Assembly (NCBI GenBank): GCA_027623195.1
Contig: JAQBUT010000005.1
Coordinates: 31,464-95,463 of the forward strand
From: Chloroflexota bacterium
GTDB taxonomy: Bacteria > Chloroflexota > Dehalococcoidia > Lucifugimonadales > JADFKI01
Length of the DNA stretch: 64,000 nucleotides
Direction of reading: 5' to 3'
Shown: piece by piece, positions 39,988-49,401 of the stretch
How the letters are laid out: each line of letters opens with the position of its first letter
How positions within the stretch are numbered: position 1 is the first letter of the stretch
Translations under genes and position numbers: made by a program
Notes under the pieces: generated by a model
Seen by the model: the letters and a program-made list of their open reading frames with translations, nothing else
What the model was told of the DNA's origin: nothing
Databases searched by the model: none

Positions 39988-40200
39988 GGGGTCCTCTCGT
40001 GATACATTTTCGCTTTCACTGGGCTCATTTCAGGTCGAGTATTCAACGAGGTCGACCTTCGGGGAAGTGGGCTGGCAAGGCGTGGAGTTGATTGATTTCC
40101 GGTGGCATTCTCGGCTACGAGCGTTTAGCGACCAGTAGAGTATCAGGGGTCGAAGGGGATTTCCATTTCAGGACTTAACGGTGCGGTTTGGAGGATGTTT

Positions 40201-40249
40201 TGGTCGGGGAGACTGGATTTGAACCAGCGGCCCCTTGCACCCCATGCAG
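40201..40249 (-). repeat. Partial tRNA-Pro copy (3' 49 nt including CCA, T-arm and anticodon loop): att-like direct repeat
   Basis: 48 of 49 nt identical to 49325-49373, the 3' part of the intact tRNA-Pro, in the same orientation. Identity stops abruptly at 40250 and no 5' tRNA half is present. Confidence 0.8.
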
Positions 40250-40496
40250 TTTAACGCCCCAAAAAGCTAAGTGCCTGTTTAGACTGCTTCACGGGCCATG
40301 GAAACGCCTGCCATTTAACATATGCAGGCAGGGATTCGGCTTGCCACGTACTCCCGTATTTGCTGGCCTAATTCTACACCATGGCCTGCCAGACATCCAA
40401 GGGAATCAAATTAGTTAGGATGAACCCTAACAGATGATCTGCTGATACCGATTCTCCCCATTAACAATCTGCCCCACTTTCGCTGAAGGTCTACAG

Positions 40497-40985
40497 TCAG
40501 AGTGATTCCCCTCTCGCGATCCTGTCTGCTTCCTTCAAGAACAGTTCCTTTCGGGACTCAGACAGTCCTTGGAAAGTACGCACCAGACGCCGTTCGTCAT
40601 CCAGAGGGTGTTCCTGGGGGTTTTGCCGTTTCTCTATCAGAGCCTCGATTCGCTCGAGGAAATTTTCCACATCGAAGGGCTTAATCAGAAAATCGTCGGC
40701 ATCGATCTGTTTACTCTGGAGTACTGAAAATTCACTTGATACACCGGACATCATCAAGATCGAAGCGTCCGAGACACCGCGAGCCGCTCGGCAAAATTCA
40801 TGTCCGTCCATTCCAGGCATCCAGACATCAGAGACTATTATGTCAGGGCTGTAGTTCTCCAATATCTCAAGCGCCCGTTCCGCTGATTCGGCAACCTCAG
40901 TCTTGTAGCCGGCATCCTCCAACACGTCCTTGAGTATTTCGCGCAAAGCCTGCTCATCGTCAACGATAAGGATATTATTTGGCAT
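40497..40985 (-). CDS. Response regulator receiver protein with short C-terminal extension
   Basis: ILIVDDEQ...VSDVWMPGMDGHEF...IKPF receiver signature, plus a ~40-aa charged tail with no recognisable output domain. Confidence 0.8.
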   Translation of the reverse strand: MPNNILIVDDEQALREILKDVLEDAGYKTEVAESAERALEILENYSPDIIVSDVWMPGMDGHEFCRAARGVSDASILMMSGVSSEFSVLQSKQIDADDFLIKPFDVENFLERIEALIEKRQNPQEHPLDDERRLVRTFQGLSESRKELFLKEADRIARGESL

Positions 40986-41249
40986 GATTTTACCTCTCCC
41001 AATTGCACTGCTATGGACAATCTGTAGATTGGCAATATTGAGTCGGATAAAACCACATGGACGCCAGGGGTTTCAAATGACGGGAACGTCGCATCTTCTC
41101 AGATCCCGTGTTTCCTTCGCTGGTTCGTGGATAGTCTTGCGCGCGACCGTTAGGGACACCCCTTATTCCATCAAAGCCAGCAGGTACAGCGTGCGTTGCA
41201 AAATATAGTTAATGTCGCTGTTTCTCCGTAACAGACTCCGCAATTCTTA

Positions 41250-42404
41250 TTACTGCAGAATCTCCAGAAGCAGCTTGATTACCTGCTCTGGCTGTTCCTG
41301 TTGGACCCAGTGTCCGGCCCCTTCAAGCAGGTGAACGCCCTTCATCTGTGTGCAGGCTGTAGTCTTCATTTTCTCCAAAGCGCCTGGCCTCTGGAAGCTT
41401 CCCCAGTCACTGGCCCCGGCGATGAAATACGAAGGCACATCAATCGTTGATCCAGAGAACATCCGCAGGTCGTGATTGTACCTGGGGTCGGTACCGCAGC
41501 GGTATGAGTTCAGTCCGCCCTGGAATCCGTTTCGGGAGTATTCGTTGCTGTAAACGGCTAATTCGTCGTCTGTGAGCCAACTGCACGCTACCACTTCGGA
41601 TGCCGATGGCATCTCGGGCGCGACTGTTTCCGCCATACCCTTTTCCAGGTCCATAACGTAATAAGTGGGAAGCTTGGCTAGTTCGGATGCGCTCCACGAC
41701 TCCAGAGGGAAAGGTTTGTTCTGCATCCAGTCTGCACTTTTGAAATGATAATAAGCGCGAAGGAAGTCGTGAACGCCCTGAGGGCAGCTGCGCATGTTCT
41801 CATCGGCCTCGCGTGTCGAGTAGTACCACTGGTAATGCTTGCGAGGTGGAAGTAGGTTGGCGAGATCAGCATGAATGTCGGGCTCGGCGATTATCCCGGT
41901 TGCAGGCTCGTCATTTGCAGAATTGAAGGGCATTGGCGGTAGCCCCGCAAAGGGAGCGCTCATCATCACCACCGAGCGGAACACATCTGGCCGAATGAGG
42001 GAACACCATGCGGCGACGGGCGAACCGTAGTCATGGCCTACCACCGCGGCCACCGAGCGGTATCCCATAGCGAATACTAGTCCCAAGGCATCCTTAACAA
42101 TATTGGGCATGCGAAAGGAACTTACGTCGCCGTCGTAGCTGCTATCCCATCCCGTGGTTCGGCCGTAACCTCTCTGGTCGGGAGCGACAACGTGGAACCC
42201 CGCTTGGGAGAGTGGCAGCATCAGCTTTCTCCAACTGTACGCTAGCTCTGGAAAGCCGTGCAGCAGCAAGACACAGGGACGGCCATCCGTCTCGAACCCC
42301 GCCTCGAGAACATGTACGGTGAGACCATTATTGTTCTCCACGAACCGCGATCTTATCCCTGGAGGAAGCGTAGTTTCGCCGTAGGCTACATTCTTGTTAA
42401 TCAT
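41250..42404 (-). CDS. Alpha/beta hydrolase (epoxide hydrolase-like)
   Basis: VLLLHGFPELAYSWRKL...APDQRGYGRT, nucleophile elbow VVGHDYG, and C-terminal GAGHWVQQEQP. Confidence 0.8.
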   Translation of the reverse strand: MINKNVAYGETTLPPGIRSRFVENNNGLTVHVLEAGFETDGRPCVLLLHGFPELAYSWRKLMLPLSQAGFHVVAPDQRGYGRTTGWDSSYDGDVSSFRMPNIVKDALGLVFAMGYRSVAAVVGHDYGSPVAAWCSLIRPDVFRSVVMMSAPFAGLPPMPFNSANDEPATGIIAEPDIHADLANLLPPRKHYQWYYSTREADENMRSCPQGVHDFLRAYYHFKSADWMQNKPFPLESWSASELAKLPTYYVMDLEKGMAETVAPEMPSASEVVACSWLTDDELAVYSNEYSRNGFQGGLNSYRCGTDPRYNHDLRMFSGSTIDVPSYFIAGASDWGSFQRPGALEKMKTTACTQMKGVHLLEGAGHWVQQEQPEQVIKLLLEILQ

Positions 42405-42473
42405 GTTTCTTCAATTTGGATAACCCCATGTCCCAAACTCTCGATTCAGAATCTCGATGATTCACTGCGAGCC

Positions 42474-43454
42474 TTAATACCACTTCGACTTGTCTACTAC
42501 GTTGGCCATGGGTTCGTCATTTAGGAATCGCCTGGCGTTGTCGATTAATATCTCGTAGCGTCGCTCAGGGATGTTGCCGGCGTCGCGCACAGCCACGTGA
42601 GGCGTCAGCAGTACATTGGGCAGCCCCCAAAGTTTGTGCTCGGATGGCAGCGGCTCCTCTTCGAAAACGTCGAGCCCACATCCTGCGATCTGACCAGACT
42701 CGATTGCATCCGCTAGATCGTTGACCTTGCACACTTTGCCTCGCCCCACGTTAATGAAGTAGGAGGAGTTCTTCATGAGCTGGAAGCGCTTTGCATCGAA
42801 CATACCCTCAGTCTCTGGCGTATGAGGCACCGTGGTTATCACGAAGTCGGCCCGTCCTATCACGCTGTCAAGTTCGTCAGGCGTGTGGAATTCGACGTAC
42901 GGCAGTTCGAACTCCCGGCGCGGCTCGATACCTATAACCTCCATACCTAGCTCGTGGCAGATCCTGGCCGTCTCGTGACCTATGCCGCCCACGCCATTAA
43001 TGAGCGCCGTTGACTCCGACAGGTTAAGGTATGGGGACTTGCGGGCGTCCTTATCCCACTTGCGCTGGCGCTGAGCGTCTACGTACCAGGGAAGGCCTCG
43101 TGACAGCGCAAACACGAACATCATGATGTGATGGGAAATATGGTCGAAATAAATGCCTCGAGGATTGGTTATCGTTAACGGGTGCTCGACCAACTCAGGG
43201 TAGTAGTAGCCGAAGAAAGGCCCCGCGTCGGGGTTGTGCAGCCATTTCAGCTTGCCGGCGACCTCAAGGGCGGCGGGCGGCACCCATCCGAAGGCGCCGT
43301 CTGCGTCGCGGATTGCCTCGATGGCTTCCTGGTCGGTTTCAGGTGAGGCAACGTCGAGTTCGGACAGCGTGTCGCTCAGCCTGGCCGCAAATGAGCGTTT
43401 TAATTCATCCTGGGGCGGCATGAAAACAAACTTGGGAATAGGATCACCTCTCAA
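42474..43454 (-). CDS. D-isomer-specific 2-hydroxyacid dehydrogenase family protein
   Basis: NAD-binding INGVGGIGHETAR, FINVGRG, LDVFEEEPLP and TPHVA catalytic-region motifs. Confidence 0.85.
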   Translation of the reverse strand: MRGDPIPKFVFMPPQDELKRSFAARLSDTLSELDVASPETDQEAIEAIRDADGAFGWVPPAALEVAGKLKWLHNPDAGPFFGYYYPELVEHPLTITNPRGIYFDHISHHIMMFVFALSRGLPWYVDAQRQRKWDKDARKSPYLNLSESTALINGVGGIGHETARICHELGMEVIGIEPRREFELPYVEFHTPDELDSVIGRADFVITTVPHTPETEGMFDAKRFQLMKNSSYFINVGRGKVCKVNDLADAIESGQIAGCGLDVFEEEPLPSEHKLWGLPNVLLTPHVAVRDAGNIPERRYEILIDNARRFLNDEPMANVVDKSKWY

Positions 43455-44056
43455 TGTAAGACGAATGTATCGTCTGGTTCTCGTAACTTAAGCAGATCGG
43501 CATCGCTTTAGGAATCTGCCTTATCGGCCCGCATTATATCGGCATACCGTGCCGCTTTCCATTCCCACCAACTTTCGCTCTTTGGCATTAGCTACTAAAG
43601 GCAGCAGTACGCCTTCAGGGGCAGCACGAGGTTGGCACATGGGATGGATAGCTAAGGCTTTAAGTAGATGGGGTTCTGAATGCATATTCCCTTCCAGCCG
43701 CGACGCCAGTGCCGTCGAATATGTGTCCTTTCAACAAAAGGTAAGGCTGGCTTTCTGCAATGGCAACCTCCCCATGCCAAGGGGCGGTAGGACAGGCAAG
43801 AAAATGGGCACCAGCCTTAACGCTTTGCAAGTCCGGTGACAGCATGCACCGATCCACCACTCGGTAACGCCACGGTCAATACGAGATGGGCGTTAGCTCG
43901 AATTTGACAGCCTTCTGAGGCGTAAATATAATTCCCCCAACACAAAGTGCTCCCTCCTGCTGTGATATAGGCCGTTCGGCAGGAGGTGTTTTGAAGGAGC
44001 TTTTACCAGAATCGAAGAGGTATATCTGGATGGCTATATTCGGCAGTGGCGATCAT

Positions 44057-45031
44057 ATGTACGAGGTGGTGGAGGGTTTCTTCAAGCGCCCACGGGGGTG
44101 GCCTTTCGTGGAATGTGCCGATGTAGCCGTGGACAAGGATGATAACGTCTACGTCTTCAATCGTGGTCCCTATGCCGCCGTCATGATTTTCGACAAGGAT
44201 GGGAACTACCTCGATGGCTGGGGAAGGATCGGTGGAAGGCCGGAAACTGGCTTCGACTTCCAGGTCCCCCACGGCATAAGCGTGGGGCCTGACGGCTCCG
44301 TGTACACCAGCGACACGGGAGACCATACAGTGCGACGGTGGAGCAAGGAGGGGAAACTCCTTCTCACGATTGGGACGCCCATGAGCAGCGCGCCTGCGCA
44401 GAGTGGAACGCCATTCAACCGGCCCACCCACCTGACGGTCGCCTCCAACGGGGACTTTTACGCCTCCGACGGCTATGGTAACTCACACATTCACTGCTTC
44501 GACCCCTATGGCAAGCTCCGGTTCTCCTGGGGTGGCCACGGCAGCGGGCCCGGACAGTTCGATACCGTACATAGCGTCTTTATCGACGTGGAAGACGGCG
44601 ACAAAGTGTACGCAACCGACCGCTACAACAATCGCGTGCAGTTTTTCACACCGAAGGGCGAATTCCTCGGCGAGTGGACTGGGCTTAACCTGGCGAACGC
44701 GGTCCGTAAGGGGCCCGATGGGAATTTCTACGTTGCTGAATTGGACCACCGCGTCAGCATCCTGAGCCCAGAGGGCCAGTTGTTAGCCCGCTGGGGCGAG
44801 ACAGGTGCCGAGCTAGACGACAGCGAAACCGGCGGCGGGCTGCCCACCTCTCCCAGCCGCAATCCTATGATTAAAGGGAAGGTGATGCACGAGCCGGGGC
44901 CCGGACTCTTCGGTGCGCCCCACGGGATAGCGGTGGATTCGCAAGGGAGCTTCTACATCGCCGAGGTCAGCGAGACCTTCCTGGGCTTCGACCGGGGGGA
45001 CCGGAGTGTGCAGAAGTTCGTCCGCGTCTGA
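44057..45031 (+). CDS. NHL-repeat beta-propeller protein (peptidyl-alpha-hydroxyglycine lyase-like)
   Basis: Repeated PHG(I/V)xVDxxGxxYxxD-type units (PHGISVGPDGSVYTSD, FYASDGYGNSHIHCF, VYATDRYNNRVQFF, FYVAELDHRVS, PHGIAVDSQGSFYIAE). The ORF-track start at 43991 is a TTG. ATG at 44057. Confidence 0.7.
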   Translation: MYEVVEGFFKRPRGWPFVECADVAVDKDDNVYVFNRGPYAAVMIFDKDGNYLDGWGRIGGRPETGFDFQVPHGISVGPDGSVYTSDTGDHTVRRWSKEGKLLLTIGTPMSSAPAQSGTPFNRPTHLTVASNGDFYASDGYGNSHIHCFDPYGKLRFSWGGHGSGPGQFDTVHSVFIDVEDGDKVYATDRYNNRVQFFTPKGEFLGEWTGLNLANAVRKGPDGNFYVAELDHRVSILSPEGQLLARWGETGAELDDSETGGGLPTSPSRNPMIKGKVMHEPGPGLFGAPHGIAVDSQGSFYIAEVSETFLGFDRGDRSVQKFVRV

Positions 45032-45188
45032 GAGAGGATACGCTACTTCTTCGGTCAAGGCCCTCTCAGCCTCTCTTTGCCGGGCGCGTCGGGCAGGCAT
45101 GGCTGGCCTCCGAGGGGGTTAGTGGCACCATTAGCGTGAACCGCTCCCGCAGGTTAACGTCGCGTTGCTCTTCAAAGTTCATATTGCA

Positions 45189-46424
45189 TCACCTTTCTAT
45201 CTCGATGTCGAACTCCCCGGCCTCGATGACAGCCGCATCTTCCAGCCCGATGTCAAACCGTCGCCGCCAGCGCATCAGGGCGGCCAGGAACTCCAGCCAT
45301 CTCCTCTCTAGCTCGGAGGCTTCTCCGGCCCGCAGCGTTTCCTCCACCCATGCCAGGTCTTCGACAGTAGTCTGCCCGATGGGCAGGAAACTCAGGCGCG
45401 ATAGTTCCGACGTCCACAGCCGCACTGTCCCGTCACCGCCTCCGCTGGCCAGCACTCGCCCATCAGGGCTGACCGCCAGACAATTGACCCAACGCCCGTG
45501 TCCTTCCAGCGTCCTCAGGTGCTCCCCATCAGGCAGGCTCCATAGCCGCACCGTCTTGTCATCGCTTCCGCTGGCCAGCACTCGCCCATCAGGGCTGACC
45601 GCCAGACAGGTGACCGAATTCTCGTGTCCTTCCAGAACAGCTTTGAGGCCCGCTAGCTTACCCAGAAGAGGCCTGTCCACCTCCAGTCCCTCCGCCAGAC
45701 TAGCCAACTCCCCATAGCCCTCTAGCTCATCATCGCCTGCAGCCCATCCTACACTGCCAAGCCTTCCAAGCAGCCGTGCACTCCACATCGGCGGCGCTTC
45801 CTGCGCAAGTCGCCACATCTCACTCCACCGCCTGCTACCCTACAGCACAGCCACCACCGCCTCCCACTCCATCTCGCCCATCTCACCCAGCCGACGGCTC
45901 TTCCTCCCACCTACGGCGGCGCCTATCCACTCCACCCGCCCATGCTGCCTGGCCTTGTCTGCGACGCGTCTGCGCAGGCTCTCATCTGCTGCCATGTACA
46001 CGGCTTCGAGGAGCGAGTGGTCGAAGTCGAGGGAGTCGTAGCTGTCCCACTGCTCGCTCAGGAACAGGAACAGCGCACGCTGATGCTCATCTCTGGGTGC
46101 GTAGTGAGCGGCGACAGCGGTTTCGAGGGCGCCTGCATGGGCATACTCAATCACGAGGCGGCATAGCGACTCCTGCGCGCCAGTGTGGCCCTGCTCGGCG
46201 AGTTTTCGCAATGCCTCGAGCGACGCGGCTCCTTCTCGTCCATCATCGCTGTGCGATGCGGCCTCTTCCAAAACGGCCAACGCCTCAGGCGAGCCGTCTC
46301 TTGCCAGCGCCTGCGATGCTCTCAGCCCGCGCCAGCCCCCTATCAGCGGCATCCGGCTGTAAAGCCGTTGTCGCAGCTTTTCCACTCGCCTCGTGTCGCC
46401 TTGCGATACAGCGATTTGCTTCAT
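45189..46424 (-). pseudogene. HEAT-repeat / WD40-repeat protein gene with one in-frame TAG and only two WD40 units
   Basis: The HEAT-like N-terminal ORF (46424-45843) and the WD40 ORF (45818-45189) share one frame. They are separated only by TAG at 45840-45842 plus 7 open codons (GSRRWSE). WD40 units read GHxxxVxCLAVSPDGRVLASGxxDxTVRLW. Confidence 0.6.
45441..45608 (-). repeat. Near-identical 126-nt-period WD40 coding repeat
   Basis: A 42-nt block TCCGCTGGCCAGCACTCGCCCATCAGGGCTGACCGCCAGACA occurs perfectly at 45441-45482 and 45567-45608, exactly one WD40 unit apart. Confidence 0.85.
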
Positions 46425-46427
46425 TTA

Positions 46428-47089
46428 TCACCATCTCAGGGGGTCAATGCCGCTTATCATGACCTCACCTTCTGGGGTGATGATGGCTTCTGCAAGCGGC
46501 AGGTTCAGAGCACCCGCCCGTTCCACGGAGCCGGGATTCCCGCCCACCGCAATCCAAACAGGCAAAGGGTCTTGGACGGGCCTAGGGTACACGCCCTGGT
46601 CATTCAGGGAGGCCCGAAACTTGCCACTCCAGCTAATCCGCTCATTCTTGCGAATCTGTAGCAGCAGTTCAAATTTTTCCGCAAATAGCTCGTCATAGTC
46701 CCTCAGGTCGAACCCGAAAAGAGGGAAGGACTCTGTGAAGGAGCCGCGCCCAGCCATGATCTCCGCGCGACCTTCTGAAATAAGGTCAAGACTGGCGAAG
46801 TCCTGAAAGACACGCACGGGGTCGTCAGAACTAAGCACTGTCACCGCGCTGCTAAGACGAATAGACTTGGTATTCCTAGCTGCGGCTGCCAGGATAACGG
46901 CGGGTGACGGGGACAGGAAGTCCGGACGGTGATGCTCTCCCAACGCAAAGACGTCGAGTCCCACCTGCTCCGCAATTTAACTGACTCGATCAGATTACGC
47001 ATGCGATCCACCGGGCCAATTATCGTGCCTGTAACGGGATCTTGCGTTAGTTCGACAAAGGAGTACAGGCCTATTTCAAAGTGGCTCGT
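46428..47089 (-). pseudogene. LLM-class oxidoreductase pseudogene (start lost, 1-nt frameshift, 3' truncation)
   Basis: N-terminal HFEIGLYSFVELTQDP...NLIESVKL is in one frame and (A)[14 protein letters not shown]... in another, with an apparent missing G near 46970-46975. ACG sits where ATG is expected (47087-47089). Only about 200 of the ~330 expected aa are present. The ORF stops 3 nt before the HEAT-WD40 start. Confidence 0.6.
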
Positions 47090-47692
47090 CGAAGGGGATG
47101 ATTCTGCATCCTTAATCTCATCCACTTTGAGGGGCGAATTATCTGTCAATCTGGTACTCTCCCTTGACTGAAACGATCGGTCCAACTCGCAGGCCTATTA
47201 GTCAGGTATATGCTGCGCAACGCTTGATACAAAACTTCGACATTAGTTTCGTCAGGGTGACGTGTGAATATGTCTTCCATCTTGCGAAGGATCAGACTGC
47301 CAGATAGTTCGCCAGGTCTCCCCTTGACATACCGCGGTCGGACTTGTCGTTCATATGCACGGGCACATCAAACCATTCTAAAGGCTTCAATGGGTCGCTG
47401 CCCATACAGCTGTGGTCTCAATATCCGAGCAGGAAAATTGTGTTTCTAATGAAAACGTTTGTTGATGGCCCACTAAAAGTGTACCGGCGAGGCGGCATTC
47501 GCCTTTGGCATAAAACGGCATATTAGCTACTCCATATTTAGTGGTGCGTCCACAGTAAATGTGAACCTCGGCGTCACAGCATATTCCTACTTGGGGCAGG
47601 GCGCAGGTGGTTTTGCGAGACACCCTGCACCAAGAGGCCAGGCGTGTCATTACGAGCTTCCACCATAGTTATTCCGTTGCTAAATCAGCAGA

Positions 47693-48586
47693 TTACCAAG
47701 GCATAGTTCTTCCCATTTCTTTTCTCAAGGTGTCTGCCACCGCTGAATCGGGAACATGAAGAATCCTCGCACCGACCTCAAACAAAGCGTGACGCGCACG
47801 CTCCTCGATTGTCATGCTAGGATCTTGCCAACTGCAGAGGAAAGTAAGCCCAGCTTTGTCGCATGCACTTTTCACTATATGCCGTGCGTTGTCCATTTCC
47901 GGAAGGTAAGGAGGGTCGTGTTGTTCAGGGTCGCCAAACGACATGCCCATGTCCCCCGGACCCCATTCAGCGAAGGAGAGACCTGGGACCGCCGCGATAT
48001 TATCGGCGTCAGGTAGGCAGAATCTATCCTCTATCTTAAGTCCCAGCATTAACTCCCCGTCTGGATTCAACGGCCAGGGATCGGCTTTCCGCATATAATC
48101 GACCGGGTCCAGCCCCCAAATAGCGGCCGGTTCTTTTTGGCCTCCTCCGCCTCGGAGACCCTCAGGAATGCCCTTGTCTCGGCCGATCGTCTGGAAAACG
48201 TATCGAGACGCAGCCACGAACGTAGCAACTGCGTCAGCCCTTCGCGTATGAGTGTGAAGGATGCCGTGCACGCCGGTTGACAGGACGTGTCTGGCCTGCC
48301 AAGCGTTGTATATCATTTCTTCGGGCGTCATACAGTTTGAAGGCAGCGTGGTTATGACTGTTGGTGTGCGGTGTCCGCTCGGAGTGGGGCCCCCATCTCG
48401 TAGCCCCTTCATAAACTGCGACAGTCCAACCGTATCGAACGGACTATGCTCGAAATCAAATTGAATCATGTCGGCCCATGTCTGCGACATCTCTTTGCCG
48501 GATTCGTAGGTCAGTTCCGGGGCTGAGATTGAAAAGATTGCCTGATCTTGCTCTATAAGGTCTATGCATTTGTTGATTCTAGCCAT
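47693..48586 (-). CDS. HpcH/HpaI aldolase/citrate-lyase family protein (divergent)
   Basis: DMIQFDFEHSPFD, LGLKIEDR and AVPGLSFAEWGPGDMGMSFG motifs. The ATG at 48586 is preceded by GGAAGGAA. Confidence 0.6.
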   Translation of the reverse strand: MARINKCIDLIEQDQAIFSISAPELTYESGKEMSQTWADMIQFDFEHSPFDTVGLSQFMKGLRDGGPTPSGHRTPTVITTLPSNCMTPEEMIYNAWQARHVLSTGVHGILHTHTRRADAVATFVAASRYVFQTIGRDKGIPEGLRGGGGQKEPAAIWGLDPVDYMRKADPWPLNPDGELMLGLKIEDRFCLPDADNIAAVPGLSFAEWGPGDMGMSFGDPEQHDPPYLPEMDNARHIVKSACDKAGLTFLCSWQDPSMTIEERARHALFEVGARILHVPDSAVADTLRKEMGRTMPW

Positions 48587-48789
48587 TGAGTTCCTTCCGA
48601 TCCAAAACGAATTTAGGACGTATTTAATCAACAATTAACGCTGTAATCAAGAACGCAATTCGGTTAAGACATAATGCGCCTTTGTGCCGACTAGAACAGA
48701 TTCATGATGAAAAATAAGAGGTGGTGGCAATTATCTTCCCGGACTACCTAATCGATTAGACCAGACGACAAGACGGTCTCGCATGCAAC

Positions 48790-49150
48790 ACACTAAAGTT
48801 TGCTCAATTCGAAACGCCGAACCCAGAACGTTGATGTCGTCTGTGTATCTAATACGCCTACTCCTCTTCGCCTTCTACGTGCTTATAGCAGATTTTTACC
48901 GAGTGCCATACCTGCTGTAATACGCAATGAACTGCCTTATCACCATCTCGTCCAAGTTTTTAAAAGACGTCGACGTCTGTCCGTCTTCCAACCAAACTTA
49001 GAGCATCCCGAGGACTTCGTTTTACCACTTTACGGTTCTAGGGGACTTGCCTTCGGTCTTGTTGTGAACCTCAAAGTGTTTTATGAATATGGAGAGGTCA
49101 GAGTTACCCTTATCAATCGCTTCCCACCCTGCGTATCGGCCATCTCCCAT
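48790..49150 (-). pseudogene. Tyrosine recombinase (phage integrase) N-terminal remnant
   Basis: The minus-strand frame reads MGDGRYAGWEAIDKGNSDLSIFIKHFEVHNKTEGKSPRTVKW*NEVLGML*VWLEDGQTSTSFKNLDEMVIRQFIAYYSRYGTR*. This resembles the SAM-like core-binding domain pattern (F..h......S..T...Y...L..F..WL). It has in-frame TAA stops and no catalytic domain. GGAGGA SD upstream. It sits next to the tRNA. Confidence 0.4.
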
Positions 49151-49260
49151 GATAGATACTATCCTCCGTTCCGGTAATAGTCTGTCAGGCGAGCAACCGG
49201 GTCGGAAACAGAAAACTACGCATATGCCGGAGGTCGGATTAGGATATTTGGACAGAAATC

Positions 49261-49290
49261 AAAAGAAAAAGACCGCCTCAATAGGCGGTC
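49261..49290 (-). terminator. Rho-independent terminator immediately 3' of tRNA-Pro
   Basis: The minus strand reads GACCGCC-TATTGA-GGCGGTC followed by TTTTTCTTTT. Confidence 0.6.
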
Positions 49291-49324
49291 TCTACGAGTT
49301 CATTAAGGGGTGCAATTCATTTTT

Positions 49325-49401
49325 TGGTCGGGGAGACTGGATTTGAACCAGCGGCCCCCTGCACCCCATGCAGGTGCGCTACCATGCTGCGCCACTCCCC
49401 G
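49325..49401 (-). tRNA. tRNA-Pro(GGG): tRNA-Pro (anticodon GGG), CCA encoded
   Basis: Manual fold of the 77-nt minus-strand sequence. Acceptor CGGGGAG/CTCCCCG, D-arm GCGC/GCGC, anticodon stem CCTGC/GCAGG with loop AU-GGG-GU, T-arm GCTGG-TTCAAAT-CCAGT, discriminator A, then CCA. Confidence 0.9.

Larger units (their letters stand above)
40201..49401. mobile_element. Degraded tRNA-Pro-associated integrated island (~9.2 kb)
   Basis: Intact tRNA-Pro at one end, a 49-nt direct repeat of its 3' part at the other, and an integrase N-terminal remnant next to the tRNA. Several decayed genes lie inside. Confidence 0.5.

Noticed and set aside
40188-40418. 76-aa ORF overlapping the partial tRNA-Pro copy.
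   Set aside because: It is produced by reading through the tRNA-derived sequence. No SD and an implausible sequence.
43455-43990. 535-nt gap with a 96-aa ORF (43549-43839) inside the island.
   Set aside because: The ORF has no SD, has odd composition and is overlapped by an equally poor antisense ORF. It is more likely a divergent promoter region or decayed sequence.
9097-45842. Genome-wide reassignment of TAG to a sense codon (or pyrrolysine) as the explanation for the in-frame ambers.
   Set aside because: Many conserved genes in the window terminate at TAG at their expected C-termini (aroA, D-aminoacylase, class II aldolase, Mo-hydroxylase, LigB-type dioxygenase, MCP). No methylamine methyltransferase or pyl genes are visible. 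Local suppression cannot be excluded but cannot be supported from this window.
47186-47692. Possible remnant of a Crp/FNR-type regulator in the 500-nt gap inside the island (minus-strand MNDKSDRGMSRGDLANYLAV... resembles an HTH segment).
   Set aside because: The similarity rests on about 10 residues, the frame closes immediately, and no cNMP-binding region is detectable. Insufficient evidence.
48800-49177. 125-aa plus-strand ORF next to tRNA-Pro as a real island gene.
   Set aside because: The opposite strand carries an SD-preceded frame with integrase core-binding-domain character. The plus-strand product is Arg/Pro/Leu-rich with no motif, so it was treated as a shadow ORF.
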